Origin: Candidatus Moraniibacteriota bacterium
GTDB taxonomy: Bacteria > Patescibacteriota > Minisyncoccia > Moranbacterales > UBA1568
Direction: 5' to 3'
Length of the DNA stretch: 64,000 bases
NCBI GenBank assembly: GCA_030648835.1
Contig: JAUSGT010000001.1
Coordinates: 69,010-133,009, forward strand
Shown here: piece by piece, positions 1-10,644 of the stretch
Numbering within the stretch: the stretch's first letter is position 1
Layout: each line of letters begins with the position of its first letter
The notes under the pieces: generated by a model
Told to the model about the DNA's origin: nothing
Seen by the model: the letters and a program-made list of their open reading frames with translations, nothing else
Database searches by the model: none
Made by a program: the position numbers and the translations under genes

Positions 1-397
1 GGCGGCGCGCAATGTGGCTGGACGAGTGGTCTTGTACGCGGAGCGTGTGACCGGTTCGATGCAATATGCCTTGAACGAAACCAATCGCCGCAGGAAATTG
101 CAGATGGCTTACAACGAAAAGCATGGCATTACTCCTCAGACAATCAAAAAAACCATTCATGATATCACCGAGCACTTGGAAAGTGAACATGACAAGGCGG
201 TGCGGGCCAATGTGGTCTTGGACCGGGAAATCTTCGCGAAGAATCCGGAGAAACTTATCAAGCTGAAAGAAAAAGAGATGCAGGCCGCAGTGAAGATTCT
301 GGATTTTGAGACGGCAGCTATTCTCCGTGATGAAATCCGCGCGCTTGAAACGCCTTTGGGTAAAAATGGGAAACAAAAAAAAACACGCAGGAACTGA
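1..397 (+). CDS. uvrB: Excinuclease ABC subunit B, C-terminal fragment (gene starts upstream of window)
   Basis: Frame is open from nt 2. Translation ...AERVTGSMQYALNETNRRRKLQMAYNEKHGITPQ... and the terminal UVR motif (ETAAILRDEIRALE) match the UvrB C-terminus. Confidence 0.85.
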   Translation, partial: AARNVAGRVVLYAERVTGSMQYALNETNRRRKLQMAYNEKHGITPQTIKKTIHDITEHLESEHDKAVRANVVLDREIFAKNPEKLIKLKEKEMQAAVKILDFETAAILRDEIRALETPLGKNGKQKKTRRN

Positions 398-627
398 AAT
401 CATTCTGTTATAAATAGTTTTCACTCAAGAGCAAGCTCTTGCCACTGATTCGCTTCGCTCATCCGTTCCGACAGCAAGCTGCCGAGTTTTACTCTTTGAT
501 GTCTTCACTCGCTCGAAAATGAAAATGAATTTTCATTTCGCTCGCTTCGTTTGACAATAAAAAATTCACGACCCTGACTTTCTTGGCAATCGCAAGAAAA
601 GTCAGTATGAGAAGAATAAAAAAACCG

Positions 628-658
628 CCTCCCTGGAAGTTCTCCGGGGAGGGTTTTT
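628..658. terminator. Bidirectional rho-independent terminator between convergent uvrB and the 681..1289 gene
   Basis: GC hairpin CCTCCC...GGGAGG followed by TTTTT on +, and preceded by an A-run (a T-run on the minus strand). Confidence 0.55.
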
Positions 659-680
659 GTTGTGGGTGAGTACGGATTTC

Positions 681-1289
681 TTAGTGACGTTGTGTCGTGT
701 GGAATGCACCCGGATAAGATCGATAGATTCCTTGTTCATTGGAAAAGTCTCTCAATTCAGGGAAATTTTCCAACGTGACGTGTCTCACTTGAGCTATCCC
801 TGCCATCCAGCGCCGACCTCTGAGTAATTTCTTGGTTACTTTTTCTTTGAAGCGGGAGTAGGCATCTTGTTCATTTCCTGCCGAAAGGGCTCCGCTGGCG
901 AGGCAGTAGTTTGCCGGGTTTTTGCTATCGTATCCGAGCCCCATAACGCTGATAATGAAGAACTTGAGATAACCATCGTTGAAGTGATTCCCTCTGATAT
1001 GCTTTTCCCATTTTTTTGATATGTCGCAGTAGGTTCCTTGTTGGTAAGCCCACCCGTCTGTCGGAGAACAGAACCCCATGAAAAGATCCCGAGTTTTTTC
1101 ATCAGCTTCATTTATGTCTTTAACAATGATGATCTGGGGTGGAAACAGCACCATGCGGTGAATAGCAAATTGTTCCAATAGAAGACGCCCGGTATCGTTC
1201 TCAAAGTCTCTTATTCGCTCTTTCTCGGCCGGAATATCCTGATCTTCCGGTATTTTCGCCGCCAGCAGTATGGAAAAGATTTTAGGCAT
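681..1289 (-). CDS. Hypothetical conserved protein (202 aa)
   Basis: Clean ORF on the minus strand, convergent with uvrB, with a terminator 20 nt downstream. No family recognised with confidence. Confidence 0.55.
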   Translation of the reverse strand: MPKIFSILLAAKIPEDQDIPAEKERIRDFENDTGRLLLEQFAIHRMVLFPPQIIIVKDINEADEKTRDLFMGFCSPTDGWAYQQGTYCDISKKWEKHIRGNHFNDGYLKFFIISVMGLGYDSKNPANYCLASGALSAGNEQDAYSRFKEKVTKKLLRGRRWMAGIAQVRHVTLENFPELRDFSNEQGIYRSYPGAFHTTQRH

Positions 1290-1463
1290 TTTTGCCTCCC
1301 AGATTGTTAACGAAGGGTTGTTTGGTTTCTTGACGGTATACTATCAGAGTTTTTCCATAAAAGGAAAATTTGCTTTATATGGACTTTTTTGGGAAAATGA
1401 CAAGTATTGCGCCGTGAAGGCAAACCTCGCGGTGAGATATTTGGTATTGACGTATTTCTTGCG

Positions 1464-2162
1464 ATGACAAAAAGTATTCGTGAAAGTTTTGTGGTGGCAG
1501 CAGACGACTACGGTATCCGCCAGACGGCGGAGCCGATTTTGCGTTTGGTACATGAGGGGAAAGTGGATCGCGTCGCGGTGCTCATTCATTATGTTTCTGC
1601 CGAACAGGCAGCGGCGCTCCTTGCGACGGGGGTAAAAATCGATTTGCATTTGGAGCTTATCCGTCTTTTGAAAAGCGGTGAGAAAGTGAGGGACAACATC
1701 TTGGCGAGGGGCATCCGTTTTGTTTTTCGTTATTTTTCCGGGCAAGTGACCCAGAGGAAGGTTGAGCGGGAGTGGCGAGAGCAAGTTGAGCGTTTTCGGG
1801 AATTGTTTGGCCGGCTGCCTGACGGGCTGAACTCGCATGAGCACGTGCACTCTTTTCCTGTATTTTTTAGAACGTTTCTTAAACTGGCAGAGGAGTACAA
1901 TATAGCGCATATCCGCTTTGGTAAACGAGGGACGTTGATTCCTCTTCATGGAGCTTTCATTGGCAGAGTGCTTTCTTTTTTTTGGAAGCAAACATATGCT
2001 TTGTATGCCAAGACACATTTGGTTACCTCTGATTATCTTGTGAGTCTGGACTGGCTTCCGGATTTCAAGGTTTTCAGTGAACACCTGCCGGAGGGGAGTA
2101 TCGAACTTGTGGTTCATCTGGAACGCGAAGAGGAATACCGTACCGTATTGGAATATTTCTAA
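1464..2162 (+). CDS. ChbG/YdjC-family carbohydrate deacetylase
   Basis: MTKSIRESFVVAADDYG ... LNSHEHVH ... ELVVHLE motifs are typical of the YdjC/ChbG family. Start chosen at an internal ATG inside the 1407 ORF. Confidence 0.7.
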   Translation: MTKSIRESFVVAADDYGIRQTAEPILRLVHEGKVDRVAVLIHYVSAEQAAALLATGVKIDLHLELIRLLKSGEKVRDNILARGIRFVFRYFSGQVTQRKVEREWREQVERFRELFGRLPDGLNSHEHVHSFPVFFRTFLKLAEEYNIAHIRFGKRGTLIPLHGAFIGRVLSFFWKQTYALYAKTHLVTSDYLVSLDWLPDFKVFSEHLPEGSIELVVHLEREEEYRTVLEYF

Positions 2163-2206
2163 ATTTTTCCAAAAATTCCGATGCGTTATATCTGACTATT
2201 CAAAAC

Positions 2207-2352
2207 TTTTTCCACAAGCAACCTTTCCGGGAGCCGTTCGCTTGTCCAGCGACGAACTCCACTTATGAACTTTTTTTGATCCATCCCGTAAGAACGGGAT
2301 GGCACCGTGCTCAAAAAAACTTCAACTCTCCCGGAAAGATTCTTGTGAAAAA
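2207..2352 (+). repeat. Family-A ~145-bp structured intergenic element, copy 1 (MITE-like or ncRNA)
   Basis: Terminal inverted repeats CACAAG...CTTGTG and CTTTCCGGGAG...CTCCCGGAAAG. Conserved core GAACTTTTTTTGATCC-hairpin-CACCGTGCTCAAAAAAACTTCAA. Similar elements at 12623, 15729 and 24605. Confidence 0.7.
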
Positions 2353-2417
2353 CGTAAAATTTTTATCTTCGTCTTGATACTATCGCTTTTTACTGTTATA
2401 CTACCTCTTCTCTGTTT

Positions 2418-5045
2418 TTGCTTATGCCAAAAAATATTGTACGGAAAAATGCCACCGACAAATTTGGTCCATCGGAGTGGATCATTGTCAAAGGCGCCCG
2501 CACTCATAATCTGAAAAATATCACCGTCGAGATGCCTCGCAATAAAATGGTGGTGTTTACGGGACTGTCCGGTTCGGGAAAATCATCATTGGCTTTTGAC
2601 ACGATTTTTGCCGAAGGACAACGGCGCTATGTCGAATCTCTTTCCGCTTACGCGCGGCAGTTTTTGAACACCATGCAGAAGCCGGATGTGGATGAAATCG
2701 TCGGTCTCTCACCGGCCATTTCCATCGATCAGAAGTCCGCCAGCCGCAACCCGCGTTCGACCGTGGCGACGGTGACGGAAATATATGATTATTTGCGTGT
2801 GTTGTACGCGCGTCTCGGCCGGCCACACTGTCTCGTCTGCAAGAGAGAAATAGAGAAGCTTTCAACGGAAGAAATGTTGGAAGTCGTTTCCGAGAAAGTA
2901 CAGCAGATTCTGGTAGAGAGTAAAAAAAGTCCCATAAAATCCCGTAAGACGGGATCACGGGGTAAACAGCGTCTTATGATTACGGCACCTCTGGTGCGTG
3001 GACGCAAAGGAGAATACTATCAGTTGCTCTATAATGCGCTCGGTCGTGGTTTCGCGGAGATCTTGCTTGATGGAGAGCGCAAGAGTCTGCGTGAACGGAT
3101 TCTGCTTTCCAAAAACAAAGCCCATGATATCGATCTCGTCGTGGATGAATTGCCACTTCTGGAATTTGAGAAGTTTCCGGAGACATCCGAGGAGCGTCTT
3201 TCGGAGGCGGTACAGCGCGCGCTCGAAGAAAGCGACGGGCTGGTGAACATCCATATCGGATCGGAAAATTTTGTTCTCTCATCGAAGTTCGCTTGTCCGT
3301 ATGACGGATTCTCATATCCGGAAGTGGAACCGCGATTATTTTCTTTCAACTCCCCCTACGGTGCGTGCGAGGCTTGCCATGGTCTGGGGACGAAACATTT
3401 TTTTGGCGACGATCCTTGTGAAGTCTGCCATGGGTCGCGTTTGCGCGAAGAAGCACTCCATATTTTTATCGGTGGGAAAAATATCGTGGAAGTGACGGCG
3501 CTTATGATCGGGGACGCGAAGAAGTTTTTCGATGGTTTGAAATTGACTACGCGTGAGAAACAGATTGCCGCGGTGGTATTTCGGGAAATCGGCGCGCGGT
3601 TGCAATTTCTTCTCAATGTCGGTTTGAATTATCTTTCTTTGGATCGACGTTCCAACACGCTTTCCGGTGGTGAGGCTCAACGTATCCGACTGGCGTCGCA
3701 ATTGGGTTCGCAATTGGTCGGGGCACTCTATGTGCTTGATGAGCCGACGATTGGCTTGCATCGACGTGACAATGATCGTCTCATTGAAACGTTGAAAGCG
3801 CTACGCGATTTGGGGAATACGATTATCATCGTCGAGCATGATGAGGATACGATTTTCGCTTCCGACTATATCGTCGATATCGGTCCGGGAGCGGGGGTGC
3901 ACGGCGGAGAAATCGTGGCATCCGGTTATCTGGACGACCTGCTTCTTGCCGATGCTTCAGAAACCCAGTCGCTCACTCTGCGCTATTTGCGTGGTGAAGA
4001 AAAAATCGCCATCCCCGAAAAAAGGCGGAGCAAAGAAAAGGGTCAGCTCAAAATTCGTGGCGGTGAACTTTTCAATATCAAGAATATGAATGTGGAGATT
4101 CCATTGGGGCGTTTGAGCGTCGTCACGGGAGTTTCCGGTTCCGGGAAATCCACATTTCTCTACGAGATCGTTCACAAGAATCTTCAGGCGCGTTTTGATC
4201 GGCGTTACAAGTTGAATGAGGTGTTCCATTGCCAATCGTTTAGCGGAAGCGAATATTTGTCTCGGGTGGTGCTTATCGATCAGAGTCCGATCGGGCGTAC
4301 CCCGCGTTCCAACCCGGCGACGTATACCGGAGCCTGGACGCATGTGCGCGATCTTTTCGCCGCGGCAGAAGAGGCGCGCGTGCGTGGATGGAAGGCCGGA
4401 CGTTTTTCCTTCAATCGCCCCGGCGGACGCTGTGAAACCTGCGAGGGCAACGGGTTTATCGCGGTGGAGATGCATTTTTTGCCGACGGTCTACGTGCCGT
4501 GCGATGTCTGTGACGGCAAGCGTTTCACCAAAGAAACACTTGAGGTGAAATACAAACACAAAAATATCTATCAGATACTCCAGATGACGATCGAAGAAGC
4601 TTTTTCATTCTTCACGGATATTCCGGCGATTGCCGATCGTCTGAAAACACTGAATGAAGTCGGCCTGGGGTACTTGAAACTGGGCCAATCGGCCACGACT
4701 CTTTCCGGTGGTGAGGCTCAGCGAGTGAAGATTTCCTCGGAACTCTATCGGCCACACGTGGGACGTACGATCTATCTTCTCGACGAGCCGACGATCGGAC
4801 TGCATTATGAAGATGTGAGGAAACTTTTGGAAATTCTCGAAACACTCGTGGTCAAAGGCAATACAGTCTTGGTCATCGAACACAATATGGATTTTATCAA
4901 ATCGGCCGATTATGTCATCGATATCGGGCCGGAAGGCGGGGCCGGAGGCGGAAAAATCGTGGCGGTCGGTACGCCCGAAGAAGTGGCACAGGTGTCGCAT
5001 TCTCACACAGGTCAATATTTGAAGAGAATCTTGAAGAAAGGTTAA
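2418..5045 (+). CDS. uvrA2: UvrA paralog (class-II-like, lacks UvrB-binding domain)
   Basis: Two ABC ATPase modules and Zn-finger Cys pairs, with the UvrA N-terminus [11 protein letters not shown]...[14 protein letters not shown]. Only about 9 aa lie between ACEACHGLG and [11 protein letters not shown], where the canonical UvrA at 12922 carries a ~115-aa UvrB-binding domain. Begins with TTG at 2418; the first ATG is at 2424. Confidence 0.85.
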   Translation: MLMPKNIVRKNATDKFGPSEWIIVKGARTHNLKNITVEMPRNKMVVFTGLSGSGKSSLAFDTIFAEGQRRYVESLSAYARQFLNTMQKPDVDEIVGLSPAISIDQKSASRNPRSTVATVTEIYDYLRVLYARLGRPHCLVCKREIEKLSTEEMLEVVSEKVQQILVESKKSPIKSRKTGSRGKQRLMITAPLVRGRKGEYYQLLYNALGRGFAEILLDGERKSLRERILLSKNKAHDIDLVVDELPLLEFEKFPETSEERLSEAVQRALEESDGLVNIHIGSENFVLSSKFACPYDGFSYPEVEPRLFSFNSPYGACEACHGLGTKHFFGDDPCEVCHGSRLREEALHIFIGGKNIVEVTALMIGDAKKFFDGLKLTTREKQIAAVVFREIGARLQFLLNVGLNYLSLDRRSNTLSGGEAQRIRLASQLGSQLVGALYVLDEPTIGLHRRDNDRLIETLKALRDLGNTIIIVEHDEDTIFASDYIVDIGPGAGVHGGEIVASGYLDDLLLADASETQSLTLRYLRGEEKIAIPEKRRSKEKGQLKIRGGELFNIKNMNVEIPLGRLSVVTGVSGSGKSTFLYEIVHKNLQARFDRRYKLNEVFHCQSFSGSEYLSRVVLIDQSPIGRTPRSNPATYTGAWTHVRDLFAAAEEARVRGWKAGRFSFNRPGGRCETCEGNGFIAVEMHFLPTVYVPCDVCDGKRFTKETLEVKYKHKNIYQILQMTIEEAFSFFTDIPAIADRLKTLNEVGLGYLKLGQSATTLSGGEAQRVKISSELYRPHVGRTIYLLDEPTIGLHYEDVRKLLEILETLVVKGNTVLVIEHNMDFIKSADYVIDIGPEGGAGGGKIVAVGTPEEVAQVSHSHTGQYLKRILKKG

Positions 5046-6233
5046 TTACTTTTTCTTCGCTGCTATCACTTCTTTGTACAGCGCGCTCCAGTCGGAGGCG
5101 ATTTTGGCACGAGAAAATTGTTTGACAGTGTGGAGCCCTCCTTGACCCAAACGGATACGTTCCTCGGGGTGGGTGTAAAGAAAGAGAATGTGCTCCGCGA
5201 GTGTTTTCACGTCGCCCGGTTCGATGAAGAAGCCATTTGCCTCTGTAATATATTCTGCCAAACCTCTGGCTTTGGCTCCGATGACGGGGAGACTCGTTGC
5301 CATAGCTTTCATAAGGCTCAGACTTTGCGTTTCCGCCGTACTGGCGATAGCAAAAACATCCGCAGCTTTGTAGATCAAGGCGTGTTTCTCGGTGGAAAGT
5401 GTTCCGAAGAATTTTACTTGTTCGTTTACTCCGAGTTCTTCCGCCAGTTTTTTGAGTGAGACTTCTCCTTCGCCATGGCCGGTGACGGCAAAGTTGATTT
5501 CCGGTATTTTCTCCTTGACCATTGCTATGGCGCGGATGATGATATCAATGTGTTTTTCCGGCGCCAAGCGACCCGTGTAGAGGACAGTGAAGGGAGAAAG
5601 CCGGAAAAATGTTTTGGCGGCGTGGGCTTCTTCTTGCGTTGGTGGGGAAAAGCTGTCGAGATCTATGGGATTGGAAATGACTCGGCAGGGTTTGTGAAAT
5701 CCATGTCGTTTCATTTCGTCTAAGATGCCCTGTGATGGCGCGGTGACGAAATCACAATGGTTGTAGTACCACGAGACGAAATTGAGAGCCAGTTTTTCGA
5801 GTAGGGGGCTTTGGACAGGACCGTAGCGCATGAATTCTGTGATAGGTGTATGACTGGTGCCGACGAGCGGTACGCGCAAGAAAAAGCTGGCTGCCAACCC
5901 TTCCATACCGCAACCGAAAAAAAGATGGGTGTGGATGATATCGGGCTTATTCTTGATAAAAAACGAGCGGAGAAAAGTTGGGATGACCATGCGCCCCTGT
6001 TTGGTTGGGGCAGGGTACGGAAAAGAAAAATACCGATGAATCTTGACTCCTTCGCTGATGTTTGGTTCGCTGGGCGGGACATTAGAGGTAGCGAAATCCT
6101 TTTTGGAATAGTGAGGGACATAAAAATCGATGTCGTGTCCCAAGCCGGAGAGTTCGCGGGCAGATTCGATGAGCGAATCCGATATGCCGGAAAGTTCCGG
6201 ATAAAAATTTTCCGAAAACATGGCTATTCTCAT
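5046..6233 (-). CDS. Glycosyltransferase family 4 (GT-B)
   Basis: N-terminal MRIAMFSENFYPELSGISD and a C-terminal GT4 core (EGFGLP-like region). Confidence 0.8.
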   Translation of the reverse strand: MRIAMFSENFYPELSGISDSLIESARELSGLGHDIDFYVPHYSKKDFATSNVPPSEPNISEGVKIHRYFSFPYPAPTKQGRMVIPTFLRSFFIKNKPDIIHTHLFFGCGMEGLAASFFLRVPLVGTSHTPITEFMRYGPVQSPLLEKLALNFVSWYYNHCDFVTAPSQGILDEMKRHGFHKPCRVISNPIDLDSFSPPTQEEAHAAKTFFRLSPFTVLYTGRLAPEKHIDIIIRAIAMVKEKIPEINFAVTGHGEGEVSLKKLAEELGVNEQVKFFGTLSTEKHALIYKAADVFAIASTAETQSLSLMKAMATSLPVIGAKARGLAEYITEANGFFIEPGDVKTLAEHILFLYTHPEERIRLGQGGLHTVKQFSRAKIASDWSALYKEVIAAKKK

Positions 6234-6338
6234 AAGAGAAAATGGCAGATTATTGTTTATACTGTCCGAGACTCTGTCTCGAAGGATAGAAGAGAACGTA
6301 GTTTTTGTCTACATACGTTTGTGGTAGAATAGGGCTGT

Positions 6339-7079
6339 ATGAAGCTCTCTATTATCGTTCCGGCCTACAATGAAGAGGCCTATATCGGAAAGTGTCTCGC
6401 ATCGATAGCGGCTGAGCAGGCACGCGGTCGTTTTGAAGTGGAAACGATTGTTGTCAACAATGCGAGTACCGATCGGACTGCCGATGTCGCTCGGACTTTT
6501 CCATTTGCTCGGGTGATTGATGAACCAAAAAAAGGTCTGGTACGTGCCCGCCAAACGGGTTATCAAGCATCCAGTGGTGAATTGGTCGCAAACGTGGATG
6601 CGGATACGCTCATGCCGGAAGGCTGGATTGCGCAGGTGTTCAAAGAGTTTTCCGTTCATCCGGAACTGGTAGCGCTTTCCGGTCCCTATATTTATTATGA
6701 TTTGTCGTCGGTGACAAACTGGTTTGTGAGTTTCTGGTATCGGATGGGACAAGGAGTGAGTTTTCTCGATAGTTTGGTTATGGGGCGGACCGGTACCATG
6801 CTCCAGGGTGGAAATTTCATTTTGCGGCGGAGCGCTTTGGAGAAGGCTGGCGGATTTGATCTCAACTTCGATTTCTATGGTGAAGATACCGCTATCGCGA
6901 AAGAAATGGGTCGTCAGGGCAAGGTAAAATTTACGTTCTGTCTTCCGATGTATACCTCCGGTCGCCGGTTGCGGGGAGAAGGGATTTTTACGATGGCTGG
7001 GAAGTATGGGATAAATTTTTTCTGGACAATAATTTTTGGTAGAGCCTACTCAAAGGAGTATAAGGATATTCGGTTATGA
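6339..7079 (+). CDS. Glycosyltransferase family 2
   Basis: MKLSIIVPAYNEE...VVNNASTD...DADT are GT2 signature motifs. Confidence 0.85.
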   Translation: MKLSIIVPAYNEEAYIGKCLASIAAEQARGRFEVETIVVNNASTDRTADVARTFPFARVIDEPKKGLVRARQTGYQASSGELVANVDADTLMPEGWIAQVFKEFSVHPELVALSGPYIYYDLSSVTNWFVSFWYRMGQGVSFLDSLVMGRTGTMLQGGNFILRRSALEKAGGFDLNFDFYGEDTAIAKEMGRQGKVKFTFCLPMYTSGRRLRGEGIFTMAGKYGINFFWTIIFGRAYSKEYKDIRL

Positions 7080-9472
7080 AAGAACAGTCTTGGCTGGAGA
7101 ATTTTCTGAAAAAGTATCAAGATCTCGGCTACATCATTGCGCGCAATGTTTTTTTGTTCACCAATGGTGTCATCGCGCTCGTGGTTGCACTTCTTATTGT
7201 TTTCGGAGACATTCAAGCGGGGATTTTTTTGGGGCTGGTGCTTTTCATCAATATGACCTTGGGGCTGGGGCAGGATATCCGGGCTTGGTATGCTTTGAAA
7301 AAGCTCCAGCTTTTGACGGCTCCCCGTTCGCTCTGTGTCCGTTCTGATGGGGCAGAGGAGTCGGTGCTGACGGAAGAGATAGAGAAAGGAGATAGGCTCA
7401 AAATCAAGACGGGCGATGAAATTCCGTGTGACGGAACATTGATGGAAGGACATTCATTGGAACTCAATGAAGGATTGCTCACCGGTGAGGCAGCTTCATT
7501 CTCGCGGAAGAAGGGGGATCATATTTTGGCCGGAAGCATTATTACCGCCGGAAGCGGTCTTTTGTCCGTGGATACTGTTTTTAAAAACAGTCGTATTGCC
7601 CGTATGACAGAGGGGATCAAGACGTATCAAGTAAACGAGAGTCCGATTCAGAGAGCGGTCAATCAAGTCATTCAATATTCGGGATATATTTTGGTTTTGG
7701 TTATGGGGTTTATTGTGTGGCGCGGCGTGTTCACGCATACGTCGCAATTGACTATCATCAAAAACATCGGAGCGCTCGCCAGCACTATCGTTCCGCAAGG
7801 ATTGGCCTTCGCGATGACACTCCTTTTCGCTTATGGAGCGGCACATCTCTATCGGCGCAATGTCTTGCTCCAAGAGGTCAACGCGACGGAAAAACTGGGG
7901 CGGATAAAGAATTTGTGCATGGACAAGACGGGGACACTGACGGAGAACAAACCGACAGTGGAAAAAATGATGATTCCCCGAGGGATGAGTGACGCGGATG
8001 CGAGGACAGCGATAGCGCTCTATATCGGTGGATCCGGTGATTCTTCGCAGACTCTTTTGGCGCTGCGCGAATATGTCGGTGATGTGAAAACCACCGGGCA
8101 AGTCATCGATACGACTTCTTTCTCTTCCTGGCATCCCTATGGAGCGCTCGAGACGGTCGTTATGGGAGCGACGCATATTCTCATACTGGGGGCAGGAGAG
8201 TCGCTCTTGCCGCATGTGGCGGACGAGACGGAAAGGGCGTGGTTTGCAAACATTGAAAAACAGGAGGCAGAGCAGGGCAAGCGTATCGTGTGTTTGGCGC
8301 GGGCGCAAGCGGAACACTTACCCAAAGATTTATCTCAGGTGAAACTTTCCCTTCTCGCCGTCTTTGTCTTATCGAGTCGTTTGCGTCCGGGGATCAGGGA
8401 GGCCATCCAGTTTTTCCAAGACCGCAAAGTGCATATTCGCATTATTTCCGGTGATCATCCTGAGACCGTGCGCGCTGTCGCGCTTGGGGCAGGGGTGAAA
8501 TATTGCGATCAGATAGTGACCGGTAAAGAAATGCAGAGCTGGACAGCGGAAGATTTTTTCAAGCGAGCCGGCCGGTATTCGATTTTTGCCCGCACTCTAC
8601 CGGAACAAAAAGAAAAAATCATTGAAGCTTTGAAAAAAGACGGATTCACGGCGATGGTGGGGGATGGCGCCAATGACGCTTTGGCTATCAAGAAAGCCGA
8701 TCTGGGTATTGCTATGTTCGAGGGCGCGCCCGCTACTCGACAGCTGGCCTCCGTCGTACTTATGAACAACAGTTTCACGGCTCTGCCGGGTGGCGTGGAA
8801 CTGGCCGACAGTATCATCAAAAATGCGGAAATTTTTGCCAGTTTGTTTTTTGGCGTCGCTTTGACCGGCTTCTTGCTTTTTATTGGAGTGAGCGCACTCG
8901 GTTATCCATTTCCGCTTACCCCACTCAATATCACGCTCATCAATTATTTTACGGTTGGTTTTCCCGGCATATTGGTTTCCTACTGGACGATCCGTCCGGC
9001 AGAAAAAGTGAAGACCCCAAGCACCGGAGCATTCCTCAATATCATCTCCCCCTTCATTATTTGGTCGGCTGTCCTCCAGGTTGTGACGATCCTCACCGTT
9101 TTTATCCTGAGTCCGGAAAGTATGAAGGTGGCGGCATCCAATCTTTTCGTCATTTTTGCTTCTATTATTGTCGGGTATGTTTTTTTCCTGTTTGCTCCCG
9201 GTATCTATCGGGGTACGCTTCTCGCCACTCAAAGGAGGGATCTCATTATCCTTACCGTCGTGGAAATTCTTTTTCTCACGCTTGTTTTTCACATTCCTTT
9301 TTTTCTGCGATTTTTTGAGATTATGGGAAGTCTCTCCGGTTCCCGTATTCTTGTCCTGGCGGCCGTCTCTTTGGGAATATATGGACTACTTCAATATGGG
9401 GTTGCCCGTTTGTTCCGAAAGTTTTCGCCCGTGTCTTCCGGAATCGGACAGAATTCTTTCTTGGACACCTGA
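7076..9472 (+). CDS. P-type cation-transporting ATPase
   Basis: DKTGTLT phosphorylation motif (CMDKTGTLTEN), the GDGANDALA hinge motif and multiple TM segments. ATGA overlap with the upstream GT2 gene. Confidence 0.85.
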   Translation: MKEQSWLENFLKKYQDLGYIIARNVFLFTNGVIALVVALLIVFGDIQAGIFLGLVLFINMTLGLGQDIRAWYALKKLQLLTAPRSLCVRSDGAEESVLTEEIEKGDRLKIKTGDEIPCDGTLMEGHSLELNEGLLTGEAASFSRKKGDHILAGSIITAGSGLLSVDTVFKNSRIARMTEGIKTYQVNESPIQRAVNQVIQYSGYILVLVMGFIVWRGVFTHTSQLTIIKNIGALASTIVPQGLAFAMTLLFAYGAAHLYRRNVLLQEVNATEKLGRIKNLCMDKTGTLTENKPTVEKMMIPRGMSDADARTAIALYIGGSGDSSQTLLALREYVGDVKTTGQVIDTTSFSSWHPYGALETVVMGATHILILGAGESLLPHVADETERAWFANIEKQEAEQGKRIVCLARAQAEHLPKDLSQVKLSLLAVFVLSSRLRPGIREAIQFFQDRKVHIRIISGDHPETVRAVALGAGVKYCDQIVTGKEMQSWTAEDFFKRAGRYSIFARTLPEQKEKIIEALKKDGFTAMVGDGANDALAIKKADLGIAMFEGAPATRQLASVVLMNNSFTALPGGVELADSIIKNAEIFASLFFGVALTGFLLFIGVSALGYPFPLTPLNITLINYFTVGFPGILVSYWTIRPAEKVKTPSTGAFLNIISPFIIWSAVLQVVTILTVFILSPESMKVAASNLFVIFASIIVGYVFFLFAPGIYRGTLLATQRRDLIILTVVEILFLTLVFHIPFFLRFFEIMGSLSGSRILVLAAVSLGIYGLLQYGVARLFRKFSPVSSGIGQNSFLDT

Positions 9473-9516
9473 TGGGGGTGATTTCACGAAAAGTGCCCTT
9501 GGTGGTATACTTTTAT

Positions 9517-9613
9517 CCAGCACCTTCCAGAATACCCCGTGATCTTGCCACGGGGATGAATGGAAATATAAATCCTTTCCATATGGCTTAATACCCCGTG
9601 GTGAAGGTGCTGG
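9517..9613 (+). promoter_or_regulatory. Candidate cis-regulatory structured RNA (riboswitch/attenuator-like) upstream of 9653 gene
   Basis: Outer stem CCAGCACCTTC/GAAGGTGCTGG encloses the element. Inside, CACGGGG can pair with either of two CCCCGTG copies, giving mutually exclusive hairpins, and there is an ATGGAAA/TTTCCAT hairpin. No known riboswitch class recognised. Confidence 0.3.
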
Positions 9614-9652
9614 ATTTACCAGAGTCAAATAACCTATTCTTAATTTAATACT

Positions 9653-10225
9653 ATGGAAAACTTTCCTACGGAGGCTCCCTTGGTGCCTCAAAAGAAAAAA
9701 TCCAGCATTATCAAGTGGGCGCTCATCATCGGTATCGCGATCGTAGTGAATCTTTTCATCACGTACCTCGTCGATGTTATTTACCACGCGCCGGAATTCA
9801 CGACGTTTTGTCCGGATCGCCAGGTGAATCGGGCTATCGAGTCCGAGGCGGCTTGTTTGGAAGTCGGTGGGCAATGGAATGAAAACATCAATATGAAAGA
9901 CATCGTTCCTCAGACGGCCCCGGCAGCGCCCGGCTATTGCGATGTCAACTACACCTGCAACAAGTTGTTCGGAGACGTTCTGAATGTCTATAACCGTAAT
10001 GTCTTCGTGGTCTTCGTGGTGGCAGGCATCCTGCTTTTGATCGGCAGTGCCTATTTGGCCGGATCCGAAGCGGTCTCTCTGGGACTCTCATTCGGTGGTG
10101 TGTTGGCTCTCGTTATCGGCTCGATACGCTATTGGTCGGATATGAATGATATCTTGCGGGTTATCATTCTCGGTATCGCGCTCGCGGGACTGATATACGT
10201 CGCGTGGAAGCAGTTCAAAGACTAA
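9653..10225 (+). CDS. Hypothetical membrane protein with Cys-rich extracytoplasmic segment
   Basis: N-terminal TM helix, a Cys-containing loop (FCPDRQ, CLEVGG, GYCDVNYTCNK) and C-terminal TM helices. Confidence 0.55.
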   Translation: MENFPTEAPLVPQKKKSSIIKWALIIGIAIVVNLFITYLVDVIYHAPEFTTFCPDRQVNRAIESEAACLEVGGQWNENINMKDIVPQTAPAAPGYCDVNYTCNKLFGDVLNVYNRNVFVVFVVAGILLLIGSAYLAGSEAVSLGLSFGGVLALVIGSIRYWSDMNDILRVIILGIALAGLIYVAWKQFKD

Positions 10226-10271
10226 AAAATACAGCAGTCCGACCGCTGTAAGTACACGTTTATAATTTCGT

Positions 10272-10315
10272 AAAAGCCGCCCTAAGTTTATCGAAGGACG
10301 GCTTTTAATTTTTCT
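10272..10315. terminator. Bidirectional rho-independent terminator
   Basis: AAAAGCCGCCCT...AGGACGGCTTTTAATTTTT: a hairpin flanked by an A-run and a T-run. Confidence 0.5.
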
Positions 10316-10359
10316 CGAGAGGGGTAATGAAGAGACAGACGGGGATGAGTAACGAAAAG

Positions 10360-10590
10360 TTACCTTCGTTTTGGCTGAAACGGAAGATTGGTGTTTGGCT
10401 CTTTCAATTCTTCCAGGCGGAGACGGGTTACCTCATCATCTGGTTTTTTAATAGCAGTATGGAGAGCCTCGTCGGTGAGGCCGAAGGGAGGGATGACGCC
10501 AACAGCCGTTTTGTATTCAGCTTCCAATTTGCGGCGGGCTTCTTTCGGATCGGGGGAAGTTTCAAGATTCAAATCCAATTGTTGCGGCAT
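10360..10590 (-). CDS. Small hypothetical protein (76 aa), tentative
   Basis: Internal ATG of the 10360..10899 minus ORF, giving a charged, non-repetitive peptide (MPQQLDLNLETSPDPKEARRKLEAEYK...). A plausible -35/-10 (TTGTCT ... TATACT) lies upstream on the minus strand, but the RBS is weak. Confidence 0.3.
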   Translation of the reverse strand: MPQQLDLNLETSPDPKEARRKLEAEYKTAVGVIPPFGLTDEALHTAIKKPDDEVTRLRLEELKEPNTNLPFQPKRR

Positions 10591-10644
10591 AGGATTGATA
10601 TAGAGGATTATTTGTGTCTCAAGTATAGCATTTTTCAAAGTTGA

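Noticed and set aside
1344-2117. 257-aa minus-strand ORF overlapping the ChbG/YdjC-family gene
   Set aside because: Antisense to a well-supported + strand gene. The protein is low-complexity and basic with no recognisable domain. Typical shadow ORF.
2207-2352. Family-A element as a simple rho-independent terminator
   Set aside because: The central hairpin is followed by GGCACCGTGCTC rather than a U-run on either strand. The T-run precedes the hairpin. The element is better explained as a MITE or structured RNA.
3957-4559. Antisense ORFs inside uvrA2 (also 17020..17844 in pilC, 20422..21231, 25995..26891, 28522..29100, 51329..52345, 55640..56878, 62303..63214)
   Set aside because: All lie opposite to genes with clear homology-type motifs. 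Compositions are Arg/His-rich as expected for antisense of GC-rich coding DNA.
10327-10644. 105-aa + strand ORF between terminators
   Set aside because: Phe/Trp-rich low-complexity translation with no SD. It overlaps a more plausible minus-strand small ORF and a terminator hairpin.
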